Shown in pieces: positions 50,201-62,489 of a DNA stretch of 64,000 bases. This DNA is from Ranitomeya imitator (taxonomy: Eukaryota), in NCBI RefSeq assembly GCF_032444005.1, contig NC_091285.1:617024001-617088000 (forward strand), written 5' to 3'. Position numbers and translations under genes: made by a program. Every line of letters starts with the position of its first letter. The first letter of the stretch is position 1. The notes under the pieces are model-generated. The model worked only from the letters and a program-made list of their open reading frames with translations, searched no databases and was not told the DNA's origin.

Positions 50201-51219
50201 ACATACACAACACATACTTCAATACTGTGGTTTGAGGTGGTTAATGCGGGATACGTTGCACTCCCACCGGTACATTTTATACTCCTATTTCCAGACGCTT
50301 TATGAGTGCATATTGTTAGATGAGTTACCATGTTCATAATAAGCATAACATTTCACATCGAGGGAAATGGCTCTTCTGTAATGTTCTTCTACCAAAGGCT
50401 TGTAGGCCAGCATGGCACCACCCCTGGAGATAAGAACGTTCTGAAGTTAATTGTGGGTTTATCTGCCCTGACTGATATAGTAAAATGCTGGATGGATGAA
50501 GGGATGCTTCTTTGCTCACAGTGTTGGTTGCCTGTGTACAGTCGCATATATTTCCTAATAATTGCCACTTGATTGTACTATCAGAAGTCAGCCCTGTCCG
50601 AGAAGCAGTGAGTTATAGATCAATGACATAGGACTGCTGTCCATCTAAGCAGATCAGTCACCAGATTTCACAATACAAACTGCACACGGTATTGAATAGA
50701 TATCACTTCTGAAAAGACAGGTGTACTTGTTTTGAAAAATCCGTGTCAGAGTGGTTGTATATTTGTATGTTTCAAGAGTAAATTATGAGTCCTGCTAAAG
50801 AGTGTGAGAGAGCTCATCATGAGTCCAAATATATACAGTTTCTTCCTATCCAGCCTGACTGACAGCTGTAGGTTGTACTGAGCAGTGTGAGATCTCAACA
50901 GGGAGGAGGGACACTGAGGAGCTGTTAATCAGGTAGATGGATGGAGAATGAGTTACATTTTCATTAAGGAGTACAGTCATTCTGAATTGAATTTTCAAAG
51001 CAAATCTACCAGCCTCATCAGGTGTATGCGTAATATTTTAATATTGTGGTAGCTCATCTAAATGGGGATTGGAACTCTGCTCGGCTGCTTATATTAGTGA
51101 CAGATGCCGGCTATGTAACATAGTCGCTATCTGCTTCAAATGGAGAGGGATCAGGACCCCAGTGCTGACGTACAAGTAGGTTGCCTTAATGGCTTTTTGT
51201 TATGATAAACACTTATTAG

Positions 51220-51495
51220 ATATAGATGGATGGATGGATAGTTGATAGATATTTGATGGATGCATGGCTAGATGGATGGATAGTTAATGTATAGATAGTT
51301 GATGGATAGATGGATGGATAAATAAATAGCTGAAGGATGGATAGATGGATGGATAAATAGCTGAAAGATGGATGGATAAATAGTTGATGGATAGTTGATA
51401 GTTGACGGATGCATGGATAGATGGATGGATAACAGATAGATAATAGATTGATAATATATTGATGGGTGGATGGATTAATAGATGGCTAGATAGCA
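51220..51495. repeat. Degenerate (GATG/GATA)n microsatellite
   Basis: GATGGATGGATGGATAGTTGATAGAT... Confidence 0.9.
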
Positions 51496-52250
51496 AGGGT
51501 GACTAAACCTTTACACTTTTTTCACCTTGACCTCTTGAGTGCTTTATTTTTGCTTTTTTATTTTTAAATCAATAGATAATAATCTAGTAAATATTAATAA
51601 TAAAAGTGATCCCAGCTTCCTTATATAAAAGCGTTTCTGTAGACGGAGCTAGTAATGAGATGCCGCTGGTCAGGTGAGTGTGCAGAGCTGTGAAATGGAG
51701 GAAGTCCAGGACAAGGAATTCTCCTGTGTGCGCAGAATGTTCTAATCCCTGCTCGGAACACAGATAAGGTGCACAATTGGGAGAAGCAGCTGTATAGGTT
51801 ACACATGGCAGCACCAGATTGCCACGCTTAACTCTTCTCATGCCCCTAGAGTTGGGAAAACTCATATCCGCTGTGTAACTACACAGATAAGCTGAAAAGA
51901 AAACTTACAGTTAAAGCCTTAAAGTGAATGCTCACCCAAGGACTATTTTTTTTGTTGTTGTATTATTTATTTTTCAAAATAAAAAAGGTTGCAATTGAGC
52001 TAATTAATCTCTTAATTTATCTTTAGAGGCGTTAAACATCATTTTTCAAATAAAAGTTTTAAATCACTAATACAGACAATGAATTTAAATTCAGACTAAC
52101 TGTAGCGACCACTAGAGGGAGCTCTATAGTTTAATTGAGTTTAATGTACAGTACACAGTAAGCTCCTGAGCTCCCCCTGGTGGTGGAAGCAGCCAGAATT
52201 ATATCATTTTATTCATGAATGTACTACAGTGAATTTGGAGCTCGGTATTA

Positions 52251-52467
52251 GGGTATGTGTCCACATTCAGGATTGCATCAGGATTTGGTCAGGATTTTAT
52301 GTCAGTATTTGTAAGCCAAAACCAGGAGTGGGTGATAAATGCAGAAGTGGAGCATATGTTTCTATTATACTTTTCCTCTAATTGTTCCACTCCTGGTTTT
52401 GGCTTACAAATACTGACATAAAATCCTGACCAAATCCTGATGCAATCCTGAACGTGGACACATACCC
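52251..52467. mobile_element. PIF/Harbinger-type MITE
   Basis: TTA|GGGTATGTGTCCAC...GTGGACACATACCC|TTA with ~80-bp near-perfect arms. Confidence 0.9.
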
Positions 52468-53001
52468 TTAGAAATCCTTGTAAAGACATAAAATGATCTG
52501 ATCAACACAACATATTGGATGAGAAAAAAAGATTATGATATGCAAATGGAACAATGGAGGTTGATGTGAGGCAATAGGAATTGATGTAGCAGCCTCACAT
52601 CACCATAACTGGTGTAGCAGAGATGGACATCTGCGAGACTCGCCTTGTGATGTGCACTTACTAAGCTCCAGGCCCGGGTGGGGGAAACGGACTCTGAGCA
52701 TTGGTGCAGTTGGCAGGATGGCATGTGAGGATGTGGCACACCAGGGAATCTTGGAAGCAGCAGGACAGATGAAGTGGAAGTCAGCAGAGAGCGAAGCAAG
52801 CTAAAGCATGGTGTGCATAGGAGGAGTACACCAAACTAAAGTCTTGAATTTCAGTCCTAAGAGGCAGGAGTGTGTCCTAATGGGCCTTAAATAGGATCAT
52901 GGAGATGATGTCACTGAGCCACGCCAGGCAACCTGCAAAACTGGACATGGAGCACAACAGAGGGCAGCGGACTGAGGTGAAGGAAGCAGAGCCTGGAATA
53001 A

Positions 53002-53350
53002 GGCTACTTTCACACATCAGGTTTTTGTTTCATACACAATCTGGCAAGTTTTTAAAAAAAGGATCAGTTTTTTTTGCGGCGGATCCGTTTTTTCTCATAC
53101 AGTTGTATTAGCGCCGGATTGCGCCTGATGGCCAGAGGATTCATCCATTTTTTTCCGGATCCTTCCAAATAGTCGTTTCCGGCAGACGGAGAAAACCTCC
53201 AGATGAACGTTTTTTCGTCCGACGAAAAAAGCACACAGTGACGGAACTGGCCAAAAACGTGTGAAACGGACATGTGAAAAGATGAATCCGGCCTCCGAAT
53301 CCGGTTTTACAAGCACTTTCCGTTTAAACCATGCAGATTTTCCGTTCTGA

Positions 53351-53391
<41 letters not shown>

Positions 53392-53581
53392 CCCTCTCTC
53401 TCCCTCTCTCCCTCTCCTTTTCCAGGAAGTCAATGTAAACTCCATATTAGAAATAGAAGCTGGATCCAGCACAAAAACGGATCCGTTGCATCAGTTTTTA
53501 CACTATTTGCAACGGATCCGTTTTTTTGAAACATTAGCCGGATTCTGCCTGAAACAAAAAACCTGATGTGTGAAAGTAGCC
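53002..53581. mobile_element. PIF/Harbinger-type MITE containing a CT microsatellite
   Basis: TAA|GGCTACTTTCACACATCAGGTTTTT ... AAAAACCTGATGTGTGAAAGTAGCC|TAA. Confidence 0.9.
53353..53420. repeat. (CT)n/(CTTT)n microsatellite
   Basis: Read directly from the sequence. Confidence 0.9.
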
Positions 53582-53584
53582 TAA

Positions 53585-53982
53585 GGCTACTTTCACACTT
53601 GCGTTTTTCAGCTTCCGTCACAATCCGTCGTTTTTTGAGAATGCAGGATCCTGCATTTTCCCATAGACTTGTATTAGCGACAGATTCTGACCCATGGCCA
53701 TACATCGCGTCCGTCGTGCACTGGATGCGTCGTGTTTTGGCGGACCGTCGGCACGAAAAAACATTCAATGTAACGTTTTTTCATACATCGGATCCGCCAT
53801 TTCCTACTGCGCATGCGTGGCCCAAACTCCGCCCCCTCCTTCCAGGGACTTTACAATGGGCAGCGGATGCGTTGAAAAACTGCATCCGCTGCCCACATTG
53901 TGCCAAATTTTCACAACATGCGTCGGTACGTCGCGCCGACGCTTAGTGACGGACCCGTACTGACGCAAGTGTGAAAGTAGTC
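53585..53982. mobile_element. PIF/Harbinger-type MITE abutting the previous one
   Basis: TAA|GGCTACTTTCACACTTGCGT ... ACGCAAGTGTGAAAGTAGTC|TAA; shares the TAA at 53582-53584. Confidence 0.9.
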
Positions 53983-55590
53983 TAACCGGGACAGGTATGT
54001 AACTACAGCACAATAACTTGGCAATCATATAGTGAAGCAGAACTTAGTGACTCAGGAATTTCAGTGACAACACTTGTTCAGCAATATAGCTGATGCAACC
54101 TAGTAAAATTGCACAGCTCAGTTTGTCATGTAGTCCAGGAGAACTTGGAGACTGATAAAGCTGGGTTACTCATTATTGTGACAGAGTTGGCTTCATCACC
54201 GAGTCTAAGGAAGAGCTGGCACAGTGAATAGGCAGATTTTCCCTGTGATTTAGCAGAGCTGGGTTTGTCACAGAGTTTAAAGCAGAATCCACTAAGCATA
54301 AGGAGGGTTACCCCTCAATGTAGCAATAGTGGGTTTGCTGCAAACACCAATTCAGAGATGGCCAGTGATAATAGACAAGCAATAATAGAGAACTGAGAAC
54401 ATGGAAGCAGTCTACCGTAGCGGCATGGATGTCAAATAGCTGAATACTCAGGTGGTTAACCACTGCCTGAGCCAGCCTGTAAAGCCTGAGCATGCAACAT
54501 CACAGGAATGCACCCTATTGCTATGAAAGATTGCCAAGAGCTGGATGTAGGAGATGTGTGACAGGATAACTTATGCAATATGTGGAGATCCCCAAGTACT
54601 AAGTTGTTGGCCATGGTAGAAGCTGCGCTTCCCAAGATAACAAAATCCAGGAAATGGAAAGTTGTCACCGCCTAGTGGTGGAGCCTGGTACTACCTCTGC
54701 ATGGATGTTTGGCCTTATTTACCCTTTTTATAGCCAAACTATTTAGTAGCAAGTTTGCAGTTGAGTTTTTACACTATTTACAATGTGATAATAAGTTGCT
54801 GGATGATAATCCACCTCATCTCTCTAACCTGTCCTCTTTCCTCTTCTGCCATTCAATAAACAGCACTTTAGTTGGAAAGGGAAGGTCAATTGAAGCCCAT
54901 TAATTCTGGCGTAAACCTAATGCTCCTTTGCAGCTGGCCCTCATTGTGCTATGCCTTCGCTTCCAGACAAATAAGCGGTTTTGAAAGCCTTCATCAAGCC
55001 ATATTTATTTCCTAATAAAGGATCTGAACGGCTCAGAAGTTCCTTGTATCCCTCCTGCATGGGGCTTTAATGTAGTTTCTGTACAGAATATGCCGAGCAC
55101 CAAGGATGAAACCAGCGAGGGCCCTGTGCGGAGACGGCAGCCCTTGATAATACCAGCAGACAGAGCGTTGCCACCTACTCAATAATGCTTTTAATGCTAG
55201 AAATTGTGCCCCACACAGCTCCTGCACTTTGTATTAAGAGAAAGGAAGACGGGGATTTTATAATATTCATGTTTTTATAAAAATGTCAATATTTGTGCTC
55301 AATTTACTGCTTGACTTCTCCGCTGCGGCACAATGGGGCATGTCACAAAGGAAAAACAGTAGTTTTTTTGTGTAAATTCTTTATTTAAAATGTTTTATAT
55401 TAACTGTAGGGAAATAAGAGAGTTCGCAATTGCCCTGATATCGTTTGTATGATGGAGGGAAATGGGGTACGGGGAGCACAATGTTTATGGGGAAGGTGAG
55501 GAAGAGGTCCATTCATACTGGGAGAATGGCCGCAGTAGTATTAATAGAGTTTACCTGGGCAGCACGGTGGCAACGGGGTAATGTACTATG

Positions 55591-55680
55591 TGTGGGGGGC
55601 TGTGGGGACATCATGCTGTGTGTGGGGGGCTGTGGGGACATCATGCTGTGTGTGGGGGGCCGTGGGGACATCATGCTGTC
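55591..55680. repeat. 30-bp tandem repeat x3
   Basis: TGTGGGGGGCTGTGGGGACATCATGCTGTG. Confidence 0.9.
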
Positions 55681-55752
55681 ATTGTGGGGGCCATGAAAGA
55701 GGTATCATAATCTGTGGAAACAGTACAGGACTTCAATAGGAGCAAGATGTAT

Positions 55753-55784
55753 GGGCAGCACCTTGGCTCAGTGGTTAGCACTGT
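55753..55784 (+). mobile_element. tRNA-derived SINE head fragment
   Basis: GGGCAGCACCTTGGCTCAGTGGTTAGCACTG contains a Pol III A-box-like TGGCTCAGTGG; no B-box follows. Confidence 0.35.
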
Positions 55785-55841
55785 ACTGTAAGGGCTTCTT
55801 GGTTTGAACAGTCATTCTGTTCTCACAGACTTTCTTTTTAA

Positions 55842-56060
55842 GGCCGGGGTCACACTTGCGGAGTGCAGTGTGAGAAACTCACGCGAGTCTCTCGCATCAA
55901 TATTCGGCACTGCCGCCGGGACTCGGGACCGGAGTGTGCGGCTGCATAGAAATACAGGCAACCACACGCTCCAATCCCGAGTGCCAGCGGCTGTGCCGAG
56001 TATTGAGGCGAGAGACTCGCGCAAGTTTCTCGCACTACACTCACAAGTGTGACCCCGGCC
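55842..56060. mobile_element. PIF/Harbinger-type MITE (palindromic)
   Basis: TAA|GGCCGGGGTCACACTTG ... CAAGTGTGACCCCGGCC|TAA. Confidence 0.92.
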
Positions 56061-56509
56061 TAAGATGTTTTGTCGAGTAGCTTTGATGTAAAATCTGTTT
56101 GTATCATTCAGTGTTCAATGTTCGCACAATGAATTTAATGGGTTTATCCAGGATTATAAAAGAAAACATGGCTGTTCTCATTCAGAACAACACTCCCATT
56201 GACAATGATTTGTCACTGGTATTACAGCTCAGCTCTATTGATTTCAGTCGGGCTGGGTTGCAGTACTAGGCACAACCTGTGGTCAGTGGTGGCAGTGTTA
56301 CAGAAACAAAGCAGCTATATTTTTCTAATTCTGTACAATCCCATTAAAGATCTTGTCTGAATGCTGGAATTGTGTCCACTAGTCCCTGTTCACACTAGGA
56401 TATTGGCCTGCCTGGGTATATAACAATATATTTCTATATTGGCTAATTCCTGATCCTCCTGGATACTTCCGCTATTTGTCTTCAAATAGAATTTAAAAGG
56501 GATTATCTG

Positions 56510-57680
56510 CAGTGGCACAACTAAATTCTGATGAGCCCAGGTGCAAAATGTGGACGCCAGCCACTAGCTGAATTTTGGTCATATACATGGGCCCTTGTAG
56601 CATTCTAGATCCTCCAAAGATATGCATGTTCACCCCCATATAATGATGTCCCCCATCGAGCCCTTTCCTGGTATATTGTCACCCATACTGGCCCCTTCCT
56701 ATAACAATGTCCACCATCCTGCGCCCCTTCCTATAATAATGTACCCCATCCTGTGACCCTTCCTGTCATACTGTCTCCAATCCTAGCCCCATCCAGTAAC
56801 AATGCTCCGCATCCTGCACCCCTTCCTATAATAATGTCCCCCATCCTGCGCCCCTTCCTGTTATAATGTATTCCATCCTGGCCCCATCCAGAAACAATGC
56901 CCCCCACCCTGCGCCCCTTCCTGTTATTAGGTCTCCCATCCTGAGCTCTTCCCAGTAATAATTTACCCCGTTCTATTCTCCCATCCTGAGCTCTTCCCAG
57001 TAATAATTTACCCCGTTCTATTCTCCCATCCTGAGCTCTTCCCAGTAATAATTTACCCCGTTCTATTCTCCCATCCTGAGCTTTTCCCAATAATAATTTA
57101 CCCCGTTCTATTCTCCCATCCTGAGCTCTTCCCAGTAATAATTTACCCCGTTCTATTCTCCCATCCTGAGCTCTTCCCAGTAATAATTTACCCCGTTCTA
57201 TTCTCCCATCCTGAGCTCTTCCCAGTAATAATTTACCCCGTTCTATTCTCCCATCCTGAGCTCTTCCCAGTAATAATTTACCCCGTTCTATTCTCCCATC
57301 CTGAGCTCTTCCCAGTAATAATTTACCCCGTTCTATTCTCCCATCCTGAGCTCTTCCCAGTAATAATTTACCCCGTTCTATTCTCCCATCCTGAGCTCTT
57401 CCCAGTAATAATTTACCCCGTTCTATTCTCCCATCCTGAGCTCTTCCCAGTAATAATTTACCCCGTTCTATTCTCCCATCCTGAGCTCTTCCCAGTAATA
57501 ATTTACCCCGTTCTATTCTCCCATCCTGAGCTCTTCCCAGTAATAATTTACCCCGTTCTATTCTCCCATCCTGAGCTCTTCCCAGTAATAATTTACCCCG
57601 TTCTATTCTCCCATCCTGAGCTCTTCCCAGTAATAATTTACCCCGTTCTATTCTCCCATCCTGAGCTCTTCCCAGTAATA
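56510..57680. mobile_element. Left part of a hAT-type element related to the 35114 element; right end not found
   Basis: CAGTGGCACAACTAAATTCTGATGAGCCCAGGTGCAAAAT...ATGGGCCCTTGTAGCATTCTAGATCC parallels 35114-35240. Degenerate CCCCATCCTG.GCCCCTTCC units follow. Confidence 0.65.
56933..57680. repeat. 45-bp minisatellite, 16.6 nearly identical copies
   Basis: Unit CTCCCATCCTGAGCTCTTCCCAGTAATAATTTACCCCGTTCTATT; only one copy visibly differs. Confidence 0.98.
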
Positions 57681-57879
57681 GGCAGCGTTGCTTGTTGATA
57701 CTCCCGGCACCTTGGGCAAATGCCTTGCCAGCTGCAAACCTGAGCAAAGGACTGACATAATATTCTTGCACTGTTGCCTTAACCTCTTTAGTATCTCTCG
57801 AATGGTCGAAAGTTATCAATTTAACCCTTTAAAGGAAAACGAAGTGCAACTTTATCTTTCAATAATTTCCTCCTTTTAA

Positions 57880-58328
57880 GGTTACGTTTCCATGTGTGGA
57901 AACGTGGCGTTTTTTCCGTATGTTTCTTGCAGGCGTCCACACTAACAAATGCACCAACAATCTGCTCTGATCATTGCATTACTGTTCCATTTTTGTCCAT
58001 ATGTTTTTGTTTTGTTTTTTTTTGCTTTGTATGGTGCAGATTTGACAGCATTTGTATATTTGACTGGTTTCTAGGGCAGAAAAGCAATGATTCTGCACTC
58101 AGAAACCTAAGATCGGATTTTATTTGCGTTGTTCATTCTCCCCATAGAAGCCTGGAGGGAAAGAAAAATGCACAAAAAAGAACCAACACAGTTCCACAGT
58201 GCAAGCGCACAGTGGACTCGAGATTCTCTGAAAATCGCATTCACATTTTTTGGAATAGATTCCCCCCCCCCCCAAAAAAAAAAAGAATCCAAAAATATGC
58301 ATCCTTTATGCTCCGTGGGCACATGGCC
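57880..58328. mobile_element. Decayed Harbinger-type MITE
   Basis: TAA|GGTTACGTTTCCATGTG at left and GTGGGCACATGGCC at right; arms are weak. Confidence 0.35.
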
Positions 58329-60414
58329 TCAAGGTGGCAATAGATGAAATGAAAGTGTAAGGGCATTTTGGGAGATCTTACCCGAAAGCTGAGAAATACC
58401 TAGTCCTGATTGATTTACGGATCAGGTCATGAATTACTTACACTGTAAAATTGTCAACCGCTGATTATTTCTGGTCCGCACTTTGTAGTGTAATATATTT
58501 ACAAAATGAGAATTTCACAAAGTGAAATGGATCCGCCGCCCGTCCAAAAGGTAAACACAATGAATTAAAAATGTATCAATACACAGAGCGTCGGATGGTG
58601 CCGAGCCAGCAGCCGAGCCGCCGGGATTCCCTCTCGCTGGCCGGTGTTGTCTATTTGCTTCCATCAGACTCGTTGTGCTAAATAGAATTTCAGCGCTATT
58701 TAACAATAAATAAATGGACCCCGGGGGGGACATGAGATGCAATATTTCTCCACTACTCTCGTGAGCGGAGACATTTCTGCTCTTTATCTCCCATAATGCA
58801 AACTGCTGGTTAAGAATTCAGCAGAGGAGGGGAGGCCGATGGAGCAGTAAAGCCTTGAGATGATGCCAGGCGTTCTCCACCGGGGCCAGACAGTAGGGAG
58901 TGATAATACAATGGGTAACCGATACCTCGTTACTTACCTTATTATTATCGCTTTTTAAGAAAGGAACGCCAATTTGTTGTCTTAGGAAACAACACTATTT
59001 TTTTTTTCCATTTTTGTCTGGCAGTCGTCTTTAAATAGATGGGGACAGATCTTGTTTCTAGGCAGAGGGAATTACCGGCGGATGTGTTCGGTGGCCAAGC
59101 TCTGCTGAGCAGCGATAAGTTAAGATCAACTAATTCATAATTAAACAGTTTCTACAGCTGCAAACTCTCGAAAAAGGATAAGAAAGCCTGCGGAGCCCGT
59201 TGTAGAGCGCCGTCTCCATATGTAGCCGCCACGTACAGAGGAGATAGGCTAACGTATCGCAACACGGAGAGCCGCAGATAATATGCCTGATATCAAATCA
59301 CAATGCTCGTCTTATAATCCTATTTGCCTGTTCATTTATTTATCATTTTGGCACGGCTCATTGCAATTTCATGATGTGGGATTTTTTTTTTGCATATGAA
59401 TATGCTCACATGATTCGGCCCTGCGATATTTCAGTTAGCCGATAGAAATATTTTTGAAAAATATGAAAAATATTTTGCCAGATTTTTCATGTTCGTCACA
59501 TAGAATAAGAAGAATATTTTTTTTTGCCAATTTTCTTTTTTCCAATAAGCCAGTTCTAGATCTAAATTCAGAGTCTTAAAGTGTTTTATGATTCTGTTAC
59601 GCAACTTAGAAATGAACAGAGATAAGAAATTGATTCTAAATAATAATAATTGAATTCGCTATGACTTCCCCCCAAAAAAATATAGCATTCTTATAAATAC
59701 TAGTTTGTTGGGATTCAATTTACATAAATCCAGCAAAATGATGGAAGATGAGGGCTGGAAAGGAGTTAAAGAGCAAACTTTTATACTTACCTTTCCTCGG
59801 TCCTGGAAAGGACCTCCCCTGGGGCGGACATAGCATGGGTGCAACCGGCAATGCCATTTAGGGACCCAAAAGATAAAGGGACTCATGTCTTCCTCCAAAA
59901 CTTGTGATCTGTGCATTATGATATGCTATTGACTTGCAAATGGCCCATATATTGTTCTTGCACTGGGGTCTTCTGTCTATGTCCACCCATGCTCCCCCCC
60001 ATACTTGTTCATGAGCCGCCTGGTCCTGCATTTTGGTCTTCTTCTCGTTCCAGTTCTCCAGCAACTGTCTTTCTTCTATAGGTCCCATGACATCATATGG
60101 GGCATAACTCACTTCTTTGACCTCAGTGACATAGGTCATGCCCTATATGATGGCATGGGGTCTATAGAAGAAAAACAGCACTGAGCGAGAAAAAGAAAAC
60201 AGAAGAGAGAAGATGGGCGGGAGAAGCATGGAGATGACTTGGCTTTTCCCACTTGCCCTGTAGCGGTGGCAAGTGGGGTTCATATTTGTGGGGTTGATGT
60301 CACCTTTGTATTGTCAAGTGACATCGAGCTCACGACTTAGTAAAGCTTAGTAAAGCTATACTAATCCTATAGCTGTATGGTAAATAAACACACAACCCGA
60401 ATAAAGTCCTTTAA

Positions 60415-61587
60415 CCCCTTTCCCACCTTAGATATATAGTTACAACTATGACTAAGGTGGGCTCCCCATTTGCTATGGGCTGATTTGAACAGCTGACATG
60501 TGCCCCTTATAGCCGCAGGTAAACTCTCGATTCATCCGTGGCTGTTACCATGTTAGATGCTCGCGTTGGAAGCACTTCACTAATTCCACCCATCGGCGCC
60601 CGTGTCACCTGACTACAGATTGCCAATGGGTTGGCATGACAACCCGGGGTCTGCAGCAGACCCCTGTGGTTGTCATTGCCGGATTGCTATGAGCGCCGCC
60701 CAGCAGTCGGCACTCATAACACCTGAGCATTTTAGCTACATAGAACAGTGCTTCAGCCCTGCACTGTGTAGCACAGATAATCCGATGATCGCAGCTTCTA
60801 GTCTCCCATGGAGACTATTGAAGCAAGTAAAAAAAAATTTTTTTATAAACAATAAAAAAATATAAAAAATATAAAAGTTCAAATCACCCCCCCATTCGCA
60901 CCATTCAAAATAAAACAATAAAGAAAAAAATACACACATTTGGTATCACCATGTTCACAATCGCCTGATATATCAATATATAAAAATAATGAATCCGATC
61001 GATAAATGGCGTAACGAAAAAAGTCAAAACGCTAGAATTACTTATTTTTTCGAAGCAACATTTCATTAAAATGAAATAACGGGTGATCAAAAGATTGTAT
61101 CTACTCAAAAATGGCATCAATAAAAACGACAGCTCAGTGTGCTAAAAGTAAACCCTCACCCAGCCCCAGATTACAAAACATGGGGACGCTAAGAGTCTTG
61201 GAAAATGGCGCCTTTTTTAAAAAAAAGAAAATTTTGATTTTTTTTCTCCACTTAAATAAAAAAAGGACCTATATATGTTTAGTATCTACAAACTCATAAT
61301 GACCGGGAGAATCATAATGGTAGGTTAGTTTTAGCATTTACTGAACAAGGTAAAATAGCAAAATAAAAAATAATTGTAGAATTGCAATTTCACCGCACTT
61401 TGATGTTTTTTCCCATTTTCCAGTACACTATGTAGCAATCTAATGGTGTCGTTCAAAAGCACAACTCTTCCCACAAAAAAACAAGCCCTCACATGGTCAT
61501 ATTGACAGAAAAATAAAAAAGGTATGGCTCTGAGAAGAAGAGGAGCAAAAAACTCAAAAATTGAAAGAACCCAAGGTGGTGAAGGCG
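60415..61587. mobile_element. piggyBac-type non-autonomous element
   Basis: TTAA|CCCCTT ... GAAGGCG|TTAA. It interrupts the left arm of the fold-back element exactly at a TTAA. No ORF. Confidence 0.75.
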
Positions 61588-62047
61588 TTAATTGAAAGAA
61601 TTACACAGACTCCTTTAATAAATTGAAATTAAACCATACTCACATCATCATCCATTTCACTGAAGCCATGGTCTCCTGTAATAAAATAAAAATAAAAAAC
61701 AACCGTATCTCTCACCTCTCCGTGGTTTTGTCCCACACCGTAATCTATGTCTGGGTATGAACCGTTTTCAACCTGGACAGTGCCAAAATGCGACCATCAA
61801 GGCTGAGATCCACCGATGAATGAGCTGCTGTGAGCGCAGCCTCAGTGAGTAGCGGTGATGTCAATGAGGTTTCCGTAAGTCACTGAGGGTACGTTCCCAG
61901 CCAGGCCCCTGAACTGTGGTGACTCGGCGAGATGACCTCGAGCACAGTAAGAAAGTCTTACGGTGCAGCGCTGATCTCACTGAGGTCCCGGCAGTTCAGA
62001 GATCCCGCTTGGAATGCAGCCTTAGTGCCTGCAGTAACCTTAATGAT

Positions 62048-62489
62048 ATGAAATGGAGCAAGAAGGCACTCTTAATAATGTAGCAAATAGGTGCTCAAGT
62101 AGGGTATCCAGCCCAAAATAGTCCACAATCAAAAAAGAACTTGGCACTCTGATTGGTTTTGGTGTACAATGAAAAAAAATATTTATTGATGTGCATCCAT
62201 ACAGGCAAATCAAGTTGAACGCACGATTCACATAGCGACTTCCGTCGCTCCACACGTGTGCTGACGCGAACAGGACTCCCCTGCTGCATCCAGGCTACCC
62301 AACTAAACCTATAGGAACCAATAGAGACAGGATACACGCTTCTCTCTTTACCAGTATATTTGTTCTGATGAAGGTCCGGATGTGGACTGAAAACGTTCAA
62401 CTTGATTTGTCTGTATGGATGCACATCAATAAATAATTTTTTCATTGTACACCAAAACCAATCAGAGTGCCAAGTTCTTTTTTGATATT
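62048..62489. mobile_element. Penelope-like retroelement fragment with inverted terminal-repeat copy
   Basis: 93-bp inverted repeat 62129-62221 / 62394-62485. CTGATGA..GAAA motif followed by AATAAA. Flanking direct repeat GTAACCTT(A/G)ATGAT at 62034-62047 and 62490-62503 (13/14). Confidence 0.7.
62362..62401 (+). ncRNA. Minimal type I hammerhead ribozyme motif (Penelope-associated)
   Basis: GTT-CTGATGA-A-GGTCC(GGATGT)GGACT-GAAA-ACGTT-C-AAC: 3-bp stem I, stem II hairpin, palindromic stem III AACGTT, UUC cleavage triplet after 62398. The G-U closing pair of stem II is non-canonical. Confidence 0.55.

Noticed and set aside
54000-55330. Possible decayed retroelement or transposase coding region
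   Set aside because: Manual translation gave many stops and no recognisable motif; left unclassified pending a profile search.
55753-55784. tRNA gene
   Set aside because: Only an A-box-like 5' part is present; there is no B-box or cloverleaf.
56731-57819. 362-aa ORF of LLLGRAQDGRIERGK repeats
   Set aside because: A 45-bp unit gives 15 codons by chance; copies are identical at the nucleotide level and the flanking residues are unremarkable.
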